Origin: Acidobacteria bacterium 37-71-11
GTDB lineage: Bacteria > Acidobacteriota > Thermoanaerobaculia > Thermoanaerobaculales > Thermoanaerobaculaceae
Length of the DNA stretch: 44,155 nucleotides
Assembly (NCBI GenBank): GCA_002279285.1
Contig: NCBR01000001.1
Location: 1-44,155, forward strand
Reading direction: 5' to 3'
Under the pieces are notes generated by a model that ran no database searches, had not been told where the DNA came from, and saw only the letters and a program-made list of their open reading frames with translations. The position numbers were made by a program, and so were the translations under genes. Of the stretch, positions 1 through 12,425 are shown in pieces (within the stretch, counting starts at the first letter, position 1; each line of letters begins with the position of its first letter).

Positions 1-207
1 CGCAAACACCACCGCCAGCAGCAGGATCGTCCGGTTCTGCCGGCGCAGGAACGCCTCCGCCCCCTCCTTGATGGCGTCCGAGATCCGCCGCATCGCCGGA
101 CTCCCCGTCGAGAACTTCAGCACCCACCTCGCCAGGTAGACCGCGAACAACAACCCGAACACCGACAACCCGATCACCAGAAAAATCAGTTGTGCCGTGC
201 TGTGCAT
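1..207 (-). CDS. hppA: Membrane-bound H+/Na+-translocating pyrophosphatase, N-terminal fragment (gene continues past the left edge)
   Basis: Reverse translation from the ATG at 205-207 gives MHSTAQLIFLVIGLSVFGLLFAVYLARWVLKFSTGSPAMRRISDAIKEGAEAFLRRQNRTILLLAVVFA. This is TM1 followed by the conserved 'M..I..aI.EGA.AFL.RQ' N-terminal signature of membrane pyrophosphatases. A GGAGG lies upstream. It is absent from the ORF track because the ORF is truncated by the window edge. Confidence 0.75.
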   Translation of the reverse strand, partial: MHSTAQLIFLVIGLSVFGLLFAVYLARWVLKFSTGSPAMRRISDAIKEGAEAFLRRQNRTILLLAVVFA

Positions 208-319
208 GAGCGCTCCCCCCTCCTTCGAGAACCGCGACCGCGAAACCGCAAGTTGGCGGAGATGATACACGAAGGGCCGGCAGGCTCAACCCCCGCCGGC
301 CGCCCACGGGGAACCCTCT

Positions 320-1294
320 TCACCACCCCAAGCCGCCGGCGTGGCGGCAGTCGGCCATGACCGACGAGATCACCTCGCGCGCCCGCTCGCAGCCGTCGCG
401 CAGCGCGCTCTCCACGTAACCCCGGTCGCGGTCCAGCCGGTCGCGGCGCGCGCGCGCGTCGCGAAAGGTGTCGAGGATCAGGCCCAGGAGGCGTTTCTTC
501 AACTCACCGTAGCCGGTGCCCCCCTCGACGAACAGCCGCTTGGTCTCGGGCCAGGCATCCTCGGGGGTGAAGACCTTGAGCATCGCGTAGAGGGCGTTCC
601 CGCGCGTCGGTTTGGGGTCGGCCACCGGCGTGGAGTCGGTGACGATCGACATCACGCGCTTCTTGAGCTCCGCCTCGGGGGCGAAGATCTCGAGGGTGTT
701 GCCGTACGACTTCGACATCTTCTGCCCGTCGACCCCGGGCACCACCGCGACCTCCGGCAGGATCAGCTCCTCGGGGACGCGCAGCACGTCTTGCCCATAC
801 GTCTGGTTGAACGCCGCCGCGATGTCGCGCGTCATCTCGAGGTGCTGCTTCTGGTCCCTCCCGACCGGCACACGGTCGGCGCGCACGATCAGGATGTCGG
901 CCGCCATCAACACCGGGTACGCGAAAAGCCCGTGGTTCGGGGTGATCCCCTTGGCCACCTTGTCCTTGTAGGAGTGACCGCGTTGCAGCAGGCCCATCGG
1001 CGTCACCGTCGAGAGCATCCAGGCAAGCTCGGCGACCTCGGGCACGTCGGACTGGCGGTAGAGCACGGAGCGCTCGGGGTCGAGCCCGAGCGCGATGAAG
1101 TCGGCGGCGACGCGGAAGGTGTTGTCCCGCAGGACCGCGCCGTCTTTGATCGTCGTCATCGCGTGCAGGTCGGCGACGAAGTAGTAGCAGTCGTTGGCCG
1201 CGTCCGTCTGCAGCTGCACGAACTGGCGGATCGCCCCGAAGTAGTTACCGATGTGAAGTTTGCCCGAAGGCTGTACGCCCGACAGGATGCGCAT
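320..1294 (-). CDS. trpS: Tryptophan--tRNA ligase
   Basis: 324 aa. Class I aaRS motifs are present: 'GKLHIGNY' (HIGH) and 'KMSKS'. The size and overall sequence are typical of bacterial TrpRS. Confidence 0.93.
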   Translation of the reverse strand: MRILSGVQPSGKLHIGNYFGAIRQFVQLQTDAANDCYYFVADLHAMTTIKDGAVLRDNTFRVAADFIALGLDPERSVLYRQSDVPEVAELAWMLSTVTPMGLLQRGHSYKDKVAKGITPNHGLFAYPVLMAADILIVRADRVPVGRDQKQHLEMTRDIAAAFNQTYGQDVLRVPEELILPEVAVVPGVDGQKMSKSYGNTLEIFAPEAELKKRVMSIVTDSTPVADPKPTRGNALYAMLKVFTPEDAWPETKRLFVEGGTGYGELKKRLLGLILDTFRDARARRDRLDRDRGYVESALRDGCERAREVISSVMADCRHAGGLGW

Positions 1295-1347
1295 GAAACC
1301 TCCCGGGCCGGAATACTACCAGTTGACGGCGATCGGCCGTCCCGCTC

Positions 1348-2045
1348 TCACCGCAAACCGAGGGGCTGGAGGACCGCCGCCTCCCCGGGCCGATGGACGT
1401 TGGCGATCAGCGGCAGGCCGTCTTCGGCGGAGAGTTCGACAGGCAGCGCGCGGCGTGCCGGCCTCCCGAACCCGCCCGTGAGGACCGGCATCGTCGCGTC
1501 GCCGCGGTAGGCCATCAGGATCGCCTTCACGTAGTTCTGCGTCTCATTGTACGGGGGAACGCCCCCACTCCTCTCGACCGCCCCAGGACCGGCGTTGTAC
1601 GCGGCGAGGGCGAGCGCGATGTTGGAGTTGAAGCGCTGCAACAGGTCCTTCAGGTAGTGCACGCCGGCGCGGATGTTCTGCAGCGGGTCGAAGGCGTTCG
1701 CGACGTTGTACAGGCTCGCCGTTTGCGGCATCAGCTGCATGATGCCGCGCGCGCCTTTCGGGCTCACCGCGCGCGGGTTGTAGCCGGACTCCATGCGGAT
1801 GACGAGGTCGACGAGCCGGGGGTCGAGGCCGTGGCTGCGGGCCGCATCCTCGACCGCGGGCCAGAGTTCCGTCCGCCGGGCCGTCGCGCCCCGGGGGATC
1901 GTGATCGTGCCGGCGCCGTGGGCCGGGATGTTGACGATGCGGCGGGTGCCGTCCGGGGCGGTGAAGATGAACACGCCGGCGGAGCGCTCGGCGGCCGCAG
2001 ACCCCGCCGCCAGCGCCGCGATCGCAACGATCATGGCCAACCGCT

Positions 2046-2049
<4 letters not shown>
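1348..2049 (-). CDS. Lytic transglycosylase (SLT domain), secreted
   Basis: N-terminal signal peptide MKRLAMIVAIAALAAGSAAA. SLT motifs are 'ESGYNPRAVSPKGARGIMQLMP' (catalytic E-S) and 'AYNAGPG'. The start overlaps the alaS stop as ATGA (2046-2049). Confidence 0.85.
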
Positions 2050-4694
<2,645 letters not shown>

Positions 4695-5216
4695 GCGGCT
4701 CGTCTCTCCCGTTCTCGCGCAGGGCGCGGTTCACCAGGTCGAGGCTAAAACCGCGCGCGAGCAGATACCGTACCACTTTCCGCCGCTGCTCCGGAAGCCG
4801 CCGCCAGAAGCGGTGCTTCGCCGCCGCCTTGGCGAACGCGGCCGCGAGCGCGACGCCCTCGCCCTCCCCGGCGGCGAGCTCGGCGAGCGCCGCATCGGCG
4901 GCGTCCTTCGCCACCTTCCTCCGCTTGAGCGCCGCGATCACGGCGCGCCGGCCGCGCCCGGCCCGGAGCTGCGCTTGGCAGACGGAGCGCGCGAGGGCGT
5001 CCTCGTCGAGCAGGCCGGCGCGCTCGAGCCTCGCGATCTCAACGGCCACCGCCGGCACCTCGCCCCCCCGGCGCTCGAGCCTCTCGGCGATCTCGGCGTG
5101 CGACAGCGCCCGCCGCGCGAGCATCGCGAGTGCCGCTTCGTGGAGCGACTCCGCGCTCGGAGGCGCCGTGTTGCCACGCGCTCGATAAGGGGGGCGCATG
5201 CCGGAATTCTACGGCT

Positions 5217-6404
5217 TCACCGGCCCGGGGTCTCCTTGTTGCCGAACTCGAACGGGCTGTTGCCGACGAACGCCTCGGCGCCGGGGCTGCCCTCGAGCGT
5301 GCTTTCCATCTCCTCGCGCGAGACGTCGGAGGTGGACTGGATCCCCTGAATGCGGAGCTTGAACTCGTCGGGGTTGGAGGCGCGCCGGATCGCCTCGTCG
5401 AGCGTGATCAGGCCCGACTTGTACAGGCTGTACAGCGACTGGTCGAACGTCTGCATCCCGTACTGCGAGGTGCCGGCGGCGATCGCGTCGCGGATCAGCT
5501 TCGTCTTCTCCTTCTGCTCGATGCACTCGCGGATGTAGGCGGTCGAGATCAGGACCTCCACGGCCGGCACGCGGCCGAGCCCGTCGGCGCGGGGCAGCAG
5601 CCGCATCGAGATGATCGCCCGGAGCACGACGGCGAGCTGGATGCGGATCTGCTTCTGCTGGTGCGGGGGGAACACCGAGATGATGCGGTTGATCGTCTCG
5701 GTGGCGTCCAGGGTGTGGAGGGTCGAGAGCACGAGGTGGCCGGTCTCGGCGGCGAGCAGCGACGTCTCGATCGTCTCGTAGTCGCGCATCTCGCCGACGA
5801 GGATCACGTCGGGGTCCTGGCGCAGACCCGAGCGCAGCGCCACCGAGAAGCTTCGCGTGTCGACCTCGACCTCGCGCTGGTTGATGATCGCCTTCTTGTC
5901 GCGGTGCAGGAACTCGATCGGGTCCTCGATGGTGACGATGTGGCAGTTGCGGGTGCTGTTGACGTGGTCGATCATCGCCGCGAGCGAGGTCGACTTCCCC
6001 GAGCCGGTGGTCCCGGTCACCAGGACGAGGCCGCGCTCCTCCTCGGCGATCTTCTCGAGAACGGGCGGAAGCAGCAGTTCCTTCACCGTGAGGATGCGCG
6101 CCGGGATCAACCGCAGCACCAGGCCGACCGACCCGCGCTGCTGGAAGATGTTGCAGCGGAACCGGCCGAGACCGGGGACCGAGTACGCGATGTCGATCTC
6201 GAGGAACTGCTTGAACTTCTCCTTCTGCTGCGTCGACATCATCGAGAACGCCATCGCGATGGTGTCCTCCTGCATCAGGCGCTTGAACTCCACCAGCGGC
6301 ACGAGCGTGCCATCCACCCGGATGAGCGGGTGGGCGCCGACCTTCAGGTGCACGTCCGACGCCTTCCGCTCCGTTGCCGCTTTGAGGATGTCGTTGATGT
6401 GCAT
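5217..6404 (-). CDS. pilT: Type IV pilus retraction ATPase, PilT/PilU family
   Basis: 395 aa. Motifs: '[18 protein letters not shown]', Walker A 'GTTGSGKST', '[12 protein letters not shown]', '[12 protein letters not shown]'. It has a ~45-aa C-terminal tail beyond a typical PilT. Confidence 0.9.
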   Translation of the reverse strand: MHINDILKAATERKASDVHLKVGAHPLIRVDGTLVPLVEFKRLMQEDTIAMAFSMMSTQQKEKFKQFLEIDIAYSVPGLGRFRCNIFQQRGSVGLVLRLIPARILTVKELLLPPVLEKIAEEERGLVLVTGTTGSGKSTSLAAMIDHVNSTRNCHIVTIEDPIEFLHRDKKAIINQREVEVDTRSFSVALRSGLRQDPDVILVGEMRDYETIETSLLAAETGHLVLSTLHTLDATETINRIISVFPPHQQKQIRIQLAVVLRAIISMRLLPRADGLGRVPAVEVLISTAYIRECIEQKEKTKLIRDAIAAGTSQYGMQTFDQSLYSLYKSGLITLDEAIRRASNPDEFKLRIQGIQSTSDVSREEMESTLEGSPGAEAFVGNSPFEFGNKETPGR

Positions 6405-6449
6405 GGCCGTGCCCCCTTGCCGCCGCTTGCGTCCTTGTGCTCTCGAGAT

Positions 6450-6478
6450 ACCCTAACCCGACGGGCCCAAGGTGTCAA
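6450..6478 (-). promoter_or_regulatory. Candidate sigma-70 promoter for pilT (TTGACA-N17-TAGGGT)
   Basis: The minus strand reads cTTGACAccttgggcccgtcgggtTAGGGTatc. The -35 is at 6473-6478 and the -10 at 6450-6455. This lies ~45 nt upstream of the pilT ATG, with AAGGGGG as the SD between. Motif match only. Confidence 0.4.
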
Positions 6479-6508
6479 AGCAGCGACGCGCGACCGCTAC
6501 CCTCAGGC

Positions 6509-7948
6509 TCACTCCAGCTTCAGCAGCCCCCGCAGCGCGTCCTTGTCCACGGCCCTGGCGAGCGCCTCCTGGGCGTCCACCTTGCCGTCCCGCACCAGCT
6601 CGGCGAGGGAGTCGTTCAAGGTGCGCATCCCAAGGCGCTTGGCGGTCTGCATGACGGTGGGGATCTGAAACGTTTTCCCTTCGCGGATGAGGTTGGCGAC
6701 CGCGGGGATCCCAAGCAAGATCTCGTAGGCCGCGACCCTTCCGCCGCCGATGCGCTTCAGGAGGATCTGCGCGATGACGCCCTTGAGCGACTCCGCAAGC
6801 ATCACGCGGATCTGCGCCTGGCGGTCGGGAGGGAACTGGTCCACCAGGCGCTCGACCGTGGAGACGGCGGTGGTCGTGTGCAATGTCGCGAACACGAGGT
6901 GTCCGGTCTCGGCGGTCTCGATCGCGATCGCCATCGTCTCGAGGTCGCGCAGCTCGCCGACGAGCACGATGTCGGGGTCCTCGCGCAGCGCTGCCCGCAG
7001 CGCGCGCTTGAACGACCCCGTGTGGGTGTACACCTCGCGCTGGTTGACCAGGCACTTCTTGTTCTCGTGGACGAACTCGATCGGGTCCTCGATCGTGATG
7101 ATGTGGTCGTTGCGCGTGTCGTTGATGAGGTCGATCATGGCGGCGAGGGTGGTCGACTTCCCCGACCCGGTCGGCCCGGTCACGAGCACCAGCCCCTTGT
7201 TGAGCGAGCACAGGCTGCGCACGCACTCGGGCAGGCCGAGGTTGTCGAAGCTCAGGATCTGGTTCGGAATCTGGCGGAAGACGGCGCCGGCGCCGTGGCG
7301 GTCGCGGAAGAGGTTGACCCGGAACCTCGCCACGCCGGGGATCTCGTATGCGAAGTCGGTGTCACTCTCCGCCCGGAACTCGGTGCGGTTGACCGCGGCG
7401 GCGACCTCGTCGCACATCAGGAGCACGTGCTCCGACGACAGCGGCGTCGAAAACTCCGGCAAGGCGGCCATGTCGCCGTGGAGGCGCATCAGCGGCGGCC
7501 GCGACGCCGTCAGGTGCAGGTCGGAGCCCCCCAGTTCGACAAGGCGGCGCAGCATCCGGTCGAGGGGCCGCTCGAGCGCCGGCGGCACCGGGGGCGGGAC
7601 CGCCGTCGGCTGTGGCGGCGGCGGGGCTGGTGCCGCTACGGGCGCCGGCTCGGCCGGCGCCAGGTCGAGGGTGGCGCGGGGCTCCCCGCCAGTGCGACTC
7701 GCGCGCAGCGTGAGGTGTGCGCCCGCGACCTCGATCACCGCGGTGACCTCCTCGCCCAGTTCCAACGCCACCCAGCGCGCCGGCCCGACCGCGGTTTCGA
7801 TCCAGCGCTCCAGCTCCTCGCTGGCAACGACGGCTTTCCCCGCCTGGAGCATCGCGCCGCCGGCCACCAGCACCGCGGGCTTGCCGCCGCGCAGGTCGAG
7901 CCGCTCGCCGCCCTTCTGGCGCGCGGCCTTGACGAGTCTCTCGATCAT
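6509..7948 (-). CDS. PilT-family ATPase paralog with ~125-aa N-terminal extension
   Basis: I chose the ATG at 7948 ([11 protein letters not shown]...), preceded by GGGGAGGTGA. This gives 479 aa. The C-terminal 350 aa are canonical PilT ('[19 protein letters not shown]', 'GPTGSGKST', '[12 protein letters not shown]', '[12 protein letters not shown]'). The track ORF 6509..9628 runs far upstream through sequence antisense to the yyaL-like gene, so that part is discarded. Confidence 0.88.
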   Translation of the reverse strand: MIERLVKAARQKGGERLDLRGGKPAVLVAGGAMLQAGKAVVASEELERWIETAVGPARWVALELGEEVTAVIEVAGAHLTLRASRTGGEPRATLDLAPAEPAPVAAPAPPPPQPTAVPPPVPPALERPLDRMLRRLVELGGSDLHLTASRPPLMRLHGDMAALPEFSTPLSSEHVLLMCDEVAAAVNRTEFRAESDTDFAYEIPGVARFRVNLFRDRHGAGAVFRQIPNQILSFDNLGLPECVRSLCSLNKGLVLVTGPTGSGKSTTLAAMIDLINDTRNDHIITIEDPIEFVHENKKCLVNQREVYTHTGSFKRALRAALREDPDIVLVGELRDLETMAIAIETAETGHLVFATLHTTTAVSTVERLVDQFPPDRQAQIRVMLAESLKGVIAQILLKRIGGGRVAAYEILLGIPAVANLIREGKTFQIPTVMQTAKRLGMRTLNDSLAELVRDGKVDAQEALARAVDKDALRGLLKLE

Positions 7949-8095
7949 GCCGGTATCGCTCACCTCCCCATGGTAGTCCGGCTCGGCGGGGTTCACCAGG
8001 GGATTATTTCGGCTTCGCCGTGCTTTCTGGGGAAGCGGAGGGACCGATGCACACTCCTGCTGCGACGGTGCTCGCCGGTGGGTAAGCTCTCGCCC

Positions 8096-10168
8096 ATGAC
8101 CCCGGCGCAACCTGCAAACCGCCTGATCGGCGAACCGAGTCCCTACCTCAGGCAGCACGCCCACAACCCGGTGGCGTGGTACCCGTGGGGCGAGGAAGCC
8201 CTGATCAGGGCGAGGGAGGAGGACAAGCCGATCTTCCTCTCGATCGGGTACGCGGCGTGCCACTGGTGCCACGTCATGGAACGGGAGTCGTTCGAGGACC
8301 CGGCGATCGCGGCGCTCCTCGCCGGGCACTTCATCGCGGTCAAAGTGGACCGCGAGGAGAGGCCCGACCTGGACGCCGTTTACATGAACGCGGTGCAGGC
8401 GATGACCGGCTCGGGGGGCTGGCCGCTCTCGGTGTTCCTCACCCCCGACCTGAAGCCGTTCCTCGGGGGCACCTACTTTCCTCCGGAGCGCAAATGGGGA
8501 ACGCCGTCGTTCCGGGAAGTCGTGGCAGCCGTCGCCGACGCCTGGCTGAACCGCCGCGACGAACTCGACGGTGCGGCCGCCACCCTCGCCGCCCAGTTGG
8601 CGAAGGACGAGGAGCCGGCCCCAGGCTCCCTCGACGCCGCGGCGGCCGCTGCCAGCGCGCTCGGAACGCTGGCGGCCCAGTACGATCGGCGCTGGGGCGG
8701 CTTCGGCGCGGCGCCGAAGTTCCCGACCCCGTCGCGGCTCTTCTTCTTGATTGACAAGGCGCGCCGCGACCCGGCGGCGCGCGATCTCCTTGCCGGGACG
8801 CTCGACGGGATGGCGGCCGGCGGCTTTTGCGACTGGCTCGGCGGTGGGTTCCACCGCTACTCCGTCGACGAGGCGTGGCGCATGCCCCACTTCGAGAAGA
8901 TGGTCTACGACAACGCGCTGCTCGCGCGGGCGTACGCCGAGGCCGGCCTCGCCCTCGACCGCGCCGAGTGGGTGGCGGTCGCGCGGGTGACCGCCGACTA
9001 CCTGGTGGGCGAGATGCGCGGGCCGGAGGGAGCTTTCCTCTCCTCCACCGACGCGGACAGCGAGGGGCATGAGGGCCGCTTCTTCACCTGGACGGCGGCG
9101 CAGGTGCGCGCGGCCCTCCCCCCCGGCGAGGCCGACCTGGTGATTGCGCTGTGCGGGCTCGGTGCCACGAGCAACCTCGAGGGGGATGCCCGCGTGCTGC
9201 GGCCCGCCCTGCCGCTGGCGGAGGTAGCGGCCGAGTTCCAGCTCACGACCGACCTCGCGGCCGGCCGGCTTGCCTCGGCGCGCGAGCGCCTGCTCGCGGC
9301 GCGGCGGCTGCGGGTGCCTCCGGCCACCGACGATAAGCGCCTCGCCGGCTGGAACGGGATGGCGGTGTGGTCGCTCGCCTACCTCGGGGCGGCCCTCCCC
9401 GAACCTCGCTACCTCCAGACAGCCAGGACGGCGGGCCATTTTCTTCTCGCACGCACCGCCCCCGACGGGCGCCTGGAGCGCTCGTGGCGCGACGGTGCGG
9501 TATCGGGCGTCGAGACGCTCGAGGACGTCGCCTGGGTCGTCGCGGCGTTCTCCCAACTCTTCGAGGCGGACGGTGAGGTGGCGTGGCTGACGGCCGCCAA
9601 GGCGCTCGTCGAGCGGCGGTTGCCGCACTACCAGACGCGGTCGGGGGCGCTCTGCGACACCCCCGACGACGGGCCGGATCTGCTCCTGCGCCCTCGAACC
9701 CCTGCCGACGGCGCCACCCCCTCGGCAGCCGGCGTCCTCGCCGCCGCGTTGCTCCGCCTCGCCGCGCTGACTGGGGAAGAACGCTTCCGGGTAGCCGGCG
9801 AGTGCGCCGTCGCGGCCGAGGCGGGGCTCCTGACACGGGTCCCGGCGGCGTGCCTGACGCTCGTGCAGGCGGCCGAGGGCGCCGTGCTGCCGGGAATGAC
9901 CCTCGTGGTGGTCGGCGACCCCAGTTGGGTCTCGACGCGCGAGCTGCTCGCCACCGCCTGGCGCCGCAAGCCTGCGCGCTGCGTCCTGGCGCCCTCGGGG
10001 CCGCTCCCGTTGCGGGCCGAGTCCCTGCGCGCCGTGCCCCTGTTCTCGGGCCGGGAGACTGTCCCTCCTGGTCGGGCCCGAGCCTACCTGTGCGAGGGTG
10101 GCGCCTGCCGCATTCCGGTCGAAGAGCCGGCGGCGCTCGCGCGCCTCCTCGACGCGGCCGGAAGTTGA
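8096..10168 (+). CDS. Thioredoxin-domain protein, DUF255 / YyaL (SSP411-like) family
   Basis: Start at ATG 8096 ([36 protein letters not shown]). The '[23 protein letters not shown]' thioredoxin-like CxxC region is followed by a long alpha/alpha-toroid-like region. The upstream part of track ORF 6437..10168 is antisense to the pilT paralog and is rejected. Confidence 0.85.
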   Translation: MTPAQPANRLIGEPSPYLRQHAHNPVAWYPWGEEALIRAREEDKPIFLSIGYAACHWCHVMERESFEDPAIAALLAGHFIAVKVDREERPDLDAVYMNAVQAMTGSGGWPLSVFLTPDLKPFLGGTYFPPERKWGTPSFREVVAAVADAWLNRRDELDGAAATLAAQLAKDEEPAPGSLDAAAAAASALGTLAAQYDRRWGGFGAAPKFPTPSRLFFLIDKARRDPAARDLLAGTLDGMAAGGFCDWLGGGFHRYSVDEAWRMPHFEKMVYDNALLARAYAEAGLALDRAEWVAVARVTADYLVGEMRGPEGAFLSSTDADSEGHEGRFFTWTAAQVRAALPPGEADLVIALCGLGATSNLEGDARVLRPALPLAEVAAEFQLTTDLAAGRLASARERLLAARRLRVPPATDDKRLAGWNGMAVWSLAYLGAALPEPRYLQTARTAGHFLLARTAPDGRLERSWRDGAVSGVETLEDVAWVVAAFSQLFEADGEVAWLTAAKALVERRLPHYQTRSGALCDTPDDGPDLLLRPRTPADGATPSAAGVLAAALLRLAALTGEERFRVAGECAVAAEAGLLTRVPAACLTLVQAAEGAVLPGMTLVVVGDPSWVSTRELLATAWRRKPARCVLAPSGPLPLRAESLRAVPLFSGRETVPPGRARAYLCEGGACRIPVEEPAALARLLDAAGS

Positions 10169-10187
10169 CTCGAGATCGGGCGCCGGG

Positions 10188-11033
10188 CTACGCCGCCGGA
10201 GCCTTGCCCGGCAGCAGCCCGCGCAGGAACTGGTACAGGGCGAACGCGGCGAGCGCGAACGGGGCGAAGCCGAGGAACCCGAACACGGGCATCTCGTACA
10301 GCTTCACCGAGCCGAGGAACGGCACGGTGTAGCGCCAGCGTGCCGACGCCAGCATGTTCCAACTCTCCCAGAGCAGGCCGCACGCGAGCCCGGACGCGAG
10401 CAGCGCGGCCGGCCGGGAGCGCCGCCCCTGCTCGAGGTCGCCCAGCACCGAGGGCCGGCCCATCCGGTGGTTGACCGGGTCGAGCAGGAGCGGCCAGGCC
10501 AGCCACACGTCGGCCGCAAAATAGACGGACGGCCACAGCAGCGGGATCGCCGCCAGGATGGCGCCGACACTCACCAACGCCGCCGACAGCTCGCGCGGGA
10601 CCCTCCCGCCCGCGCCGCGGCCGGCGAGCCGGACCGCCGCCGGTTCGAGGAGTTGGCCGAGCAGGATGATCGCCGGTGTGATGGTGGCGAACGACCAGGC
10701 GTAGCCGAGGCCGCGCCACGGCCACGGCGGCAACCCCGAGTAGTGCCACCACAGCTCGGGCCCGGCGCTGGTCCAGAACCTGGGCCGGTCGTAAAGCTCG
10801 TAGAGCAGCCACGACGGGATGGAGACCGCGGCCATGAGCGCGAGTTCGAGCGGCGCGTTGCGCAGCCACGAGCGGCCGCGCCTTGCCAGCAGTCCGTCCA
10901 CCGCCACGATGAAACCCGTCCAGCACAGCGGCGTGAGGTTCTGCGCGGCCGGCGTGACGCGCGCCGCCGCGAGCCCCATGCTGGCCGCGATGAGGGCGAC
11001 GCCGGGCCAGAACCACCACGCCGGACGGGCCAT
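10188..11033 (-). CDS. Hypothetical polytopic membrane protein
   Basis: ATG at 11033 (MARPAWWFWPGVALIAASMGL...), 281 aa. There are several hydrophobic Trp/Leu/Ala-rich segments. I recognise no family motif. Confidence 0.55.
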   Translation of the reverse strand: MARPAWWFWPGVALIAASMGLAAARVTPAAQNLTPLCWTGFIVAVDGLLARRGRSWLRNAPLELALMAAVSIPSWLLYELYDRPRFWTSAGPELWWHYSGLPPWPWRGLGYAWSFATITPAIILLGQLLEPAAVRLAGRGAGGRVPRELSAALVSVGAILAAIPLLWPSVYFAADVWLAWPLLLDPVNHRMGRPSVLGDLEQGRRSRPAALLASGLACGLLWESWNMLASARWRYTVPFLGSVKLYEMPVFGFLGFAPFALAAFALYQFLRGLLPGKAPAA

Positions 11034-11046
11034 GGTTGAATTGTAG

Positions 11047-11077
11047 CCAATCACCGGCGCGCCGGTGGCGCGATTGG
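11047..11077. promoter_or_regulatory. Palindromic element in a divergent intergenic region (possible operator or hairpin)
   Basis: Sequence CCAATCaccggcgcgccggtggcgcGATTGG. It contains the perfect 16-nt palindrome CACCGGCGCGCCGGTG (11052-11067) and flanking CCAATC/GATTGG arms. It sits between the divergent membrane-protein gene and the MacA-like gene. Confidence 0.3.
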
Positions 11078-11198
11078 ACCTGTGCCCGAATCTGCGTTTC
11101 AACGCCAATGTAAACTTTGAGAAGCTGTTTGTCGTATCGTATCCATGCGCCGGACCGCGGCAGGCCCGCGGTGTGCTCCGCACGGCGGGGAGGTTTCT

Positions 11199-12416
11199 GT
11201 GAGCAAGAGGGTACGGATCGTCGTGACGGTGGCAGCACTGGTGGCCGTAGCCGCGGCGGCATGGACCCTGTTCGGGAGAGACGACAAGGGGTCCTCGGCG
11301 TTCCTGACCGCGTTCGCGGACCGCGGCACCGTCGTTCAGAGCGTCGCGACGACGGGGTCGCTGACCGCGGTGACGACGGTCAAGGTCGGTTCCCAGGTCT
11401 CCGGCATCATCGCGACGCTGCACACCGACTTCAACCGGCAGGTCAAGCAGGGCCAGGTCCTCGCCACCCTCGACCCAACGCCGTTCGAGGCCACCGTCAG
11501 TGAGACCAGGGCGCAGCTCGACCGCGCTCGGATCGCCGCCCTCGACGGTGAGATCAAGCTCAAGCGGCAGAAGGCGCTGTTCGAGGCAACGCTGGTCTCC
11601 GAGGACGCGCTGCAGTCGGCCAAGGCGGTCTACGACCAGGCGACGGCCCAGGTGACGCAGCTCGAAGCGACGCTGAAGAAGGCCGAAACGAACCTGCAGT
11701 ACTCGGTGATCCGCGCGCCGATCGACGGGGTCGTGGTCTCACGCGACTACGACGTGGGGCAGACGGTCGCCGCGTCGTTCCAGGCGCCGACGCTGTTCAC
11801 GATCGCCGAGGATCTCACCCGAATGCAGCTGACCTGCCAGGTGGACGAGGCTGACATCGGCCAGGTCAAGGAAGGCCAGACCGTCCGGTTCTCGGTGGAC
11901 GCCTACCCGGAGCGCGACTTTCTCGGCAAGGTCTCGCAGATCCGCCTCGCGCCCCAGATCACCAACAACGTCGTGACCTACCCGGTGATCGTCGAGGTCG
12001 CGAACGCCGATCTGAAGCTGCTCCCGGGCATGACCGCCGACGTGCGGGTCCAGGTCGCCCAGGCCGAGAACGCCCTGCGGGTGCCGGCATCGGCGCTGCG
12101 GTTCCGCCCGGAGTTGCTCGGCATGAGCAGCCAGGGCTCGCCCCGGGCGGCGGACCCGGAGCGGGCCGCCACCCAGAGCCAGCGCCCGGGCGACGGCCAC
12201 CGCGCCGTTGGCCGCACGGCACGCGTCTACCTGCCGCCGGCAAAGCCCGGCGGCGACCCGGTCGCCGTCGAGTTCGTGCCGGGTCTGACCGACGGGCAGT
12301 TCGTCGAGGTCCGCAAGGGCGATCTGACCGAAGGCGCGAGGATCGTCGTCGGCGTTGCGACGGCGCAGGGCCAGGACATCGGCGGCCTCGCCGGCATGGC
12401 GCGCGGCCGGCACTAG
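11199..12416 (+). CDS. Efflux membrane-fusion (periplasmic adaptor) protein, HlyD/MacA-like
   Basis: The GTG at 11199 is preceded by GGAGG with 5 nt spacing. An N-terminal TM anchor is VSKRVRIVVTVAALVAVAAAAW. Lipoyl/beta-barrel motifs include 'VGSQVSGII..L..DFN..VKQGQVLA.LD' and 'IRAPIDGVV'. Confidence 0.85.
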   Translation: MSKRVRIVVTVAALVAVAAAAWTLFGRDDKGSSAFLTAFADRGTVVQSVATTGSLTAVTTVKVGSQVSGIIATLHTDFNRQVKQGQVLATLDPTPFEATVSETRAQLDRARIAALDGEIKLKRQKALFEATLVSEDALQSAKAVYDQATAQVTQLEATLKKAETNLQYSVIRAPIDGVVVSRDYDVGQTVAASFQAPTLFTIAEDLTRMQLTCQVDEADIGQVKEGQTVRFSVDAYPERDFLGKVSQIRLAPQITNNVVTYPVIVEVANADLKLLPGMTADVRVQVAQAENALRVPASALRFRPELLGMSSQGSPRAADPERAATQSQRPGDGHRAVGRTARVYLPPAKPGGDPVAVEFVPGLTDGQFVEVRKGDLTEGARIVVGVATAQGQDIGGLAGMARGRH

Positions 12417-12425
12417 GGGGCGGCG

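Noticed and set aside
6437-8095. The first ~550 codons of the 1243-aa plus-strand ORF (6437..10168) looked like part of a giant protein.
   Set aside because: This part is antisense to the well-supported PilT paralog and is Arg/Gly/Asp/His-rich low complexity. The recognisable DUF255/YyaL sequence begins at ATG 8096. It is a typical high-G+C shadow ORF.
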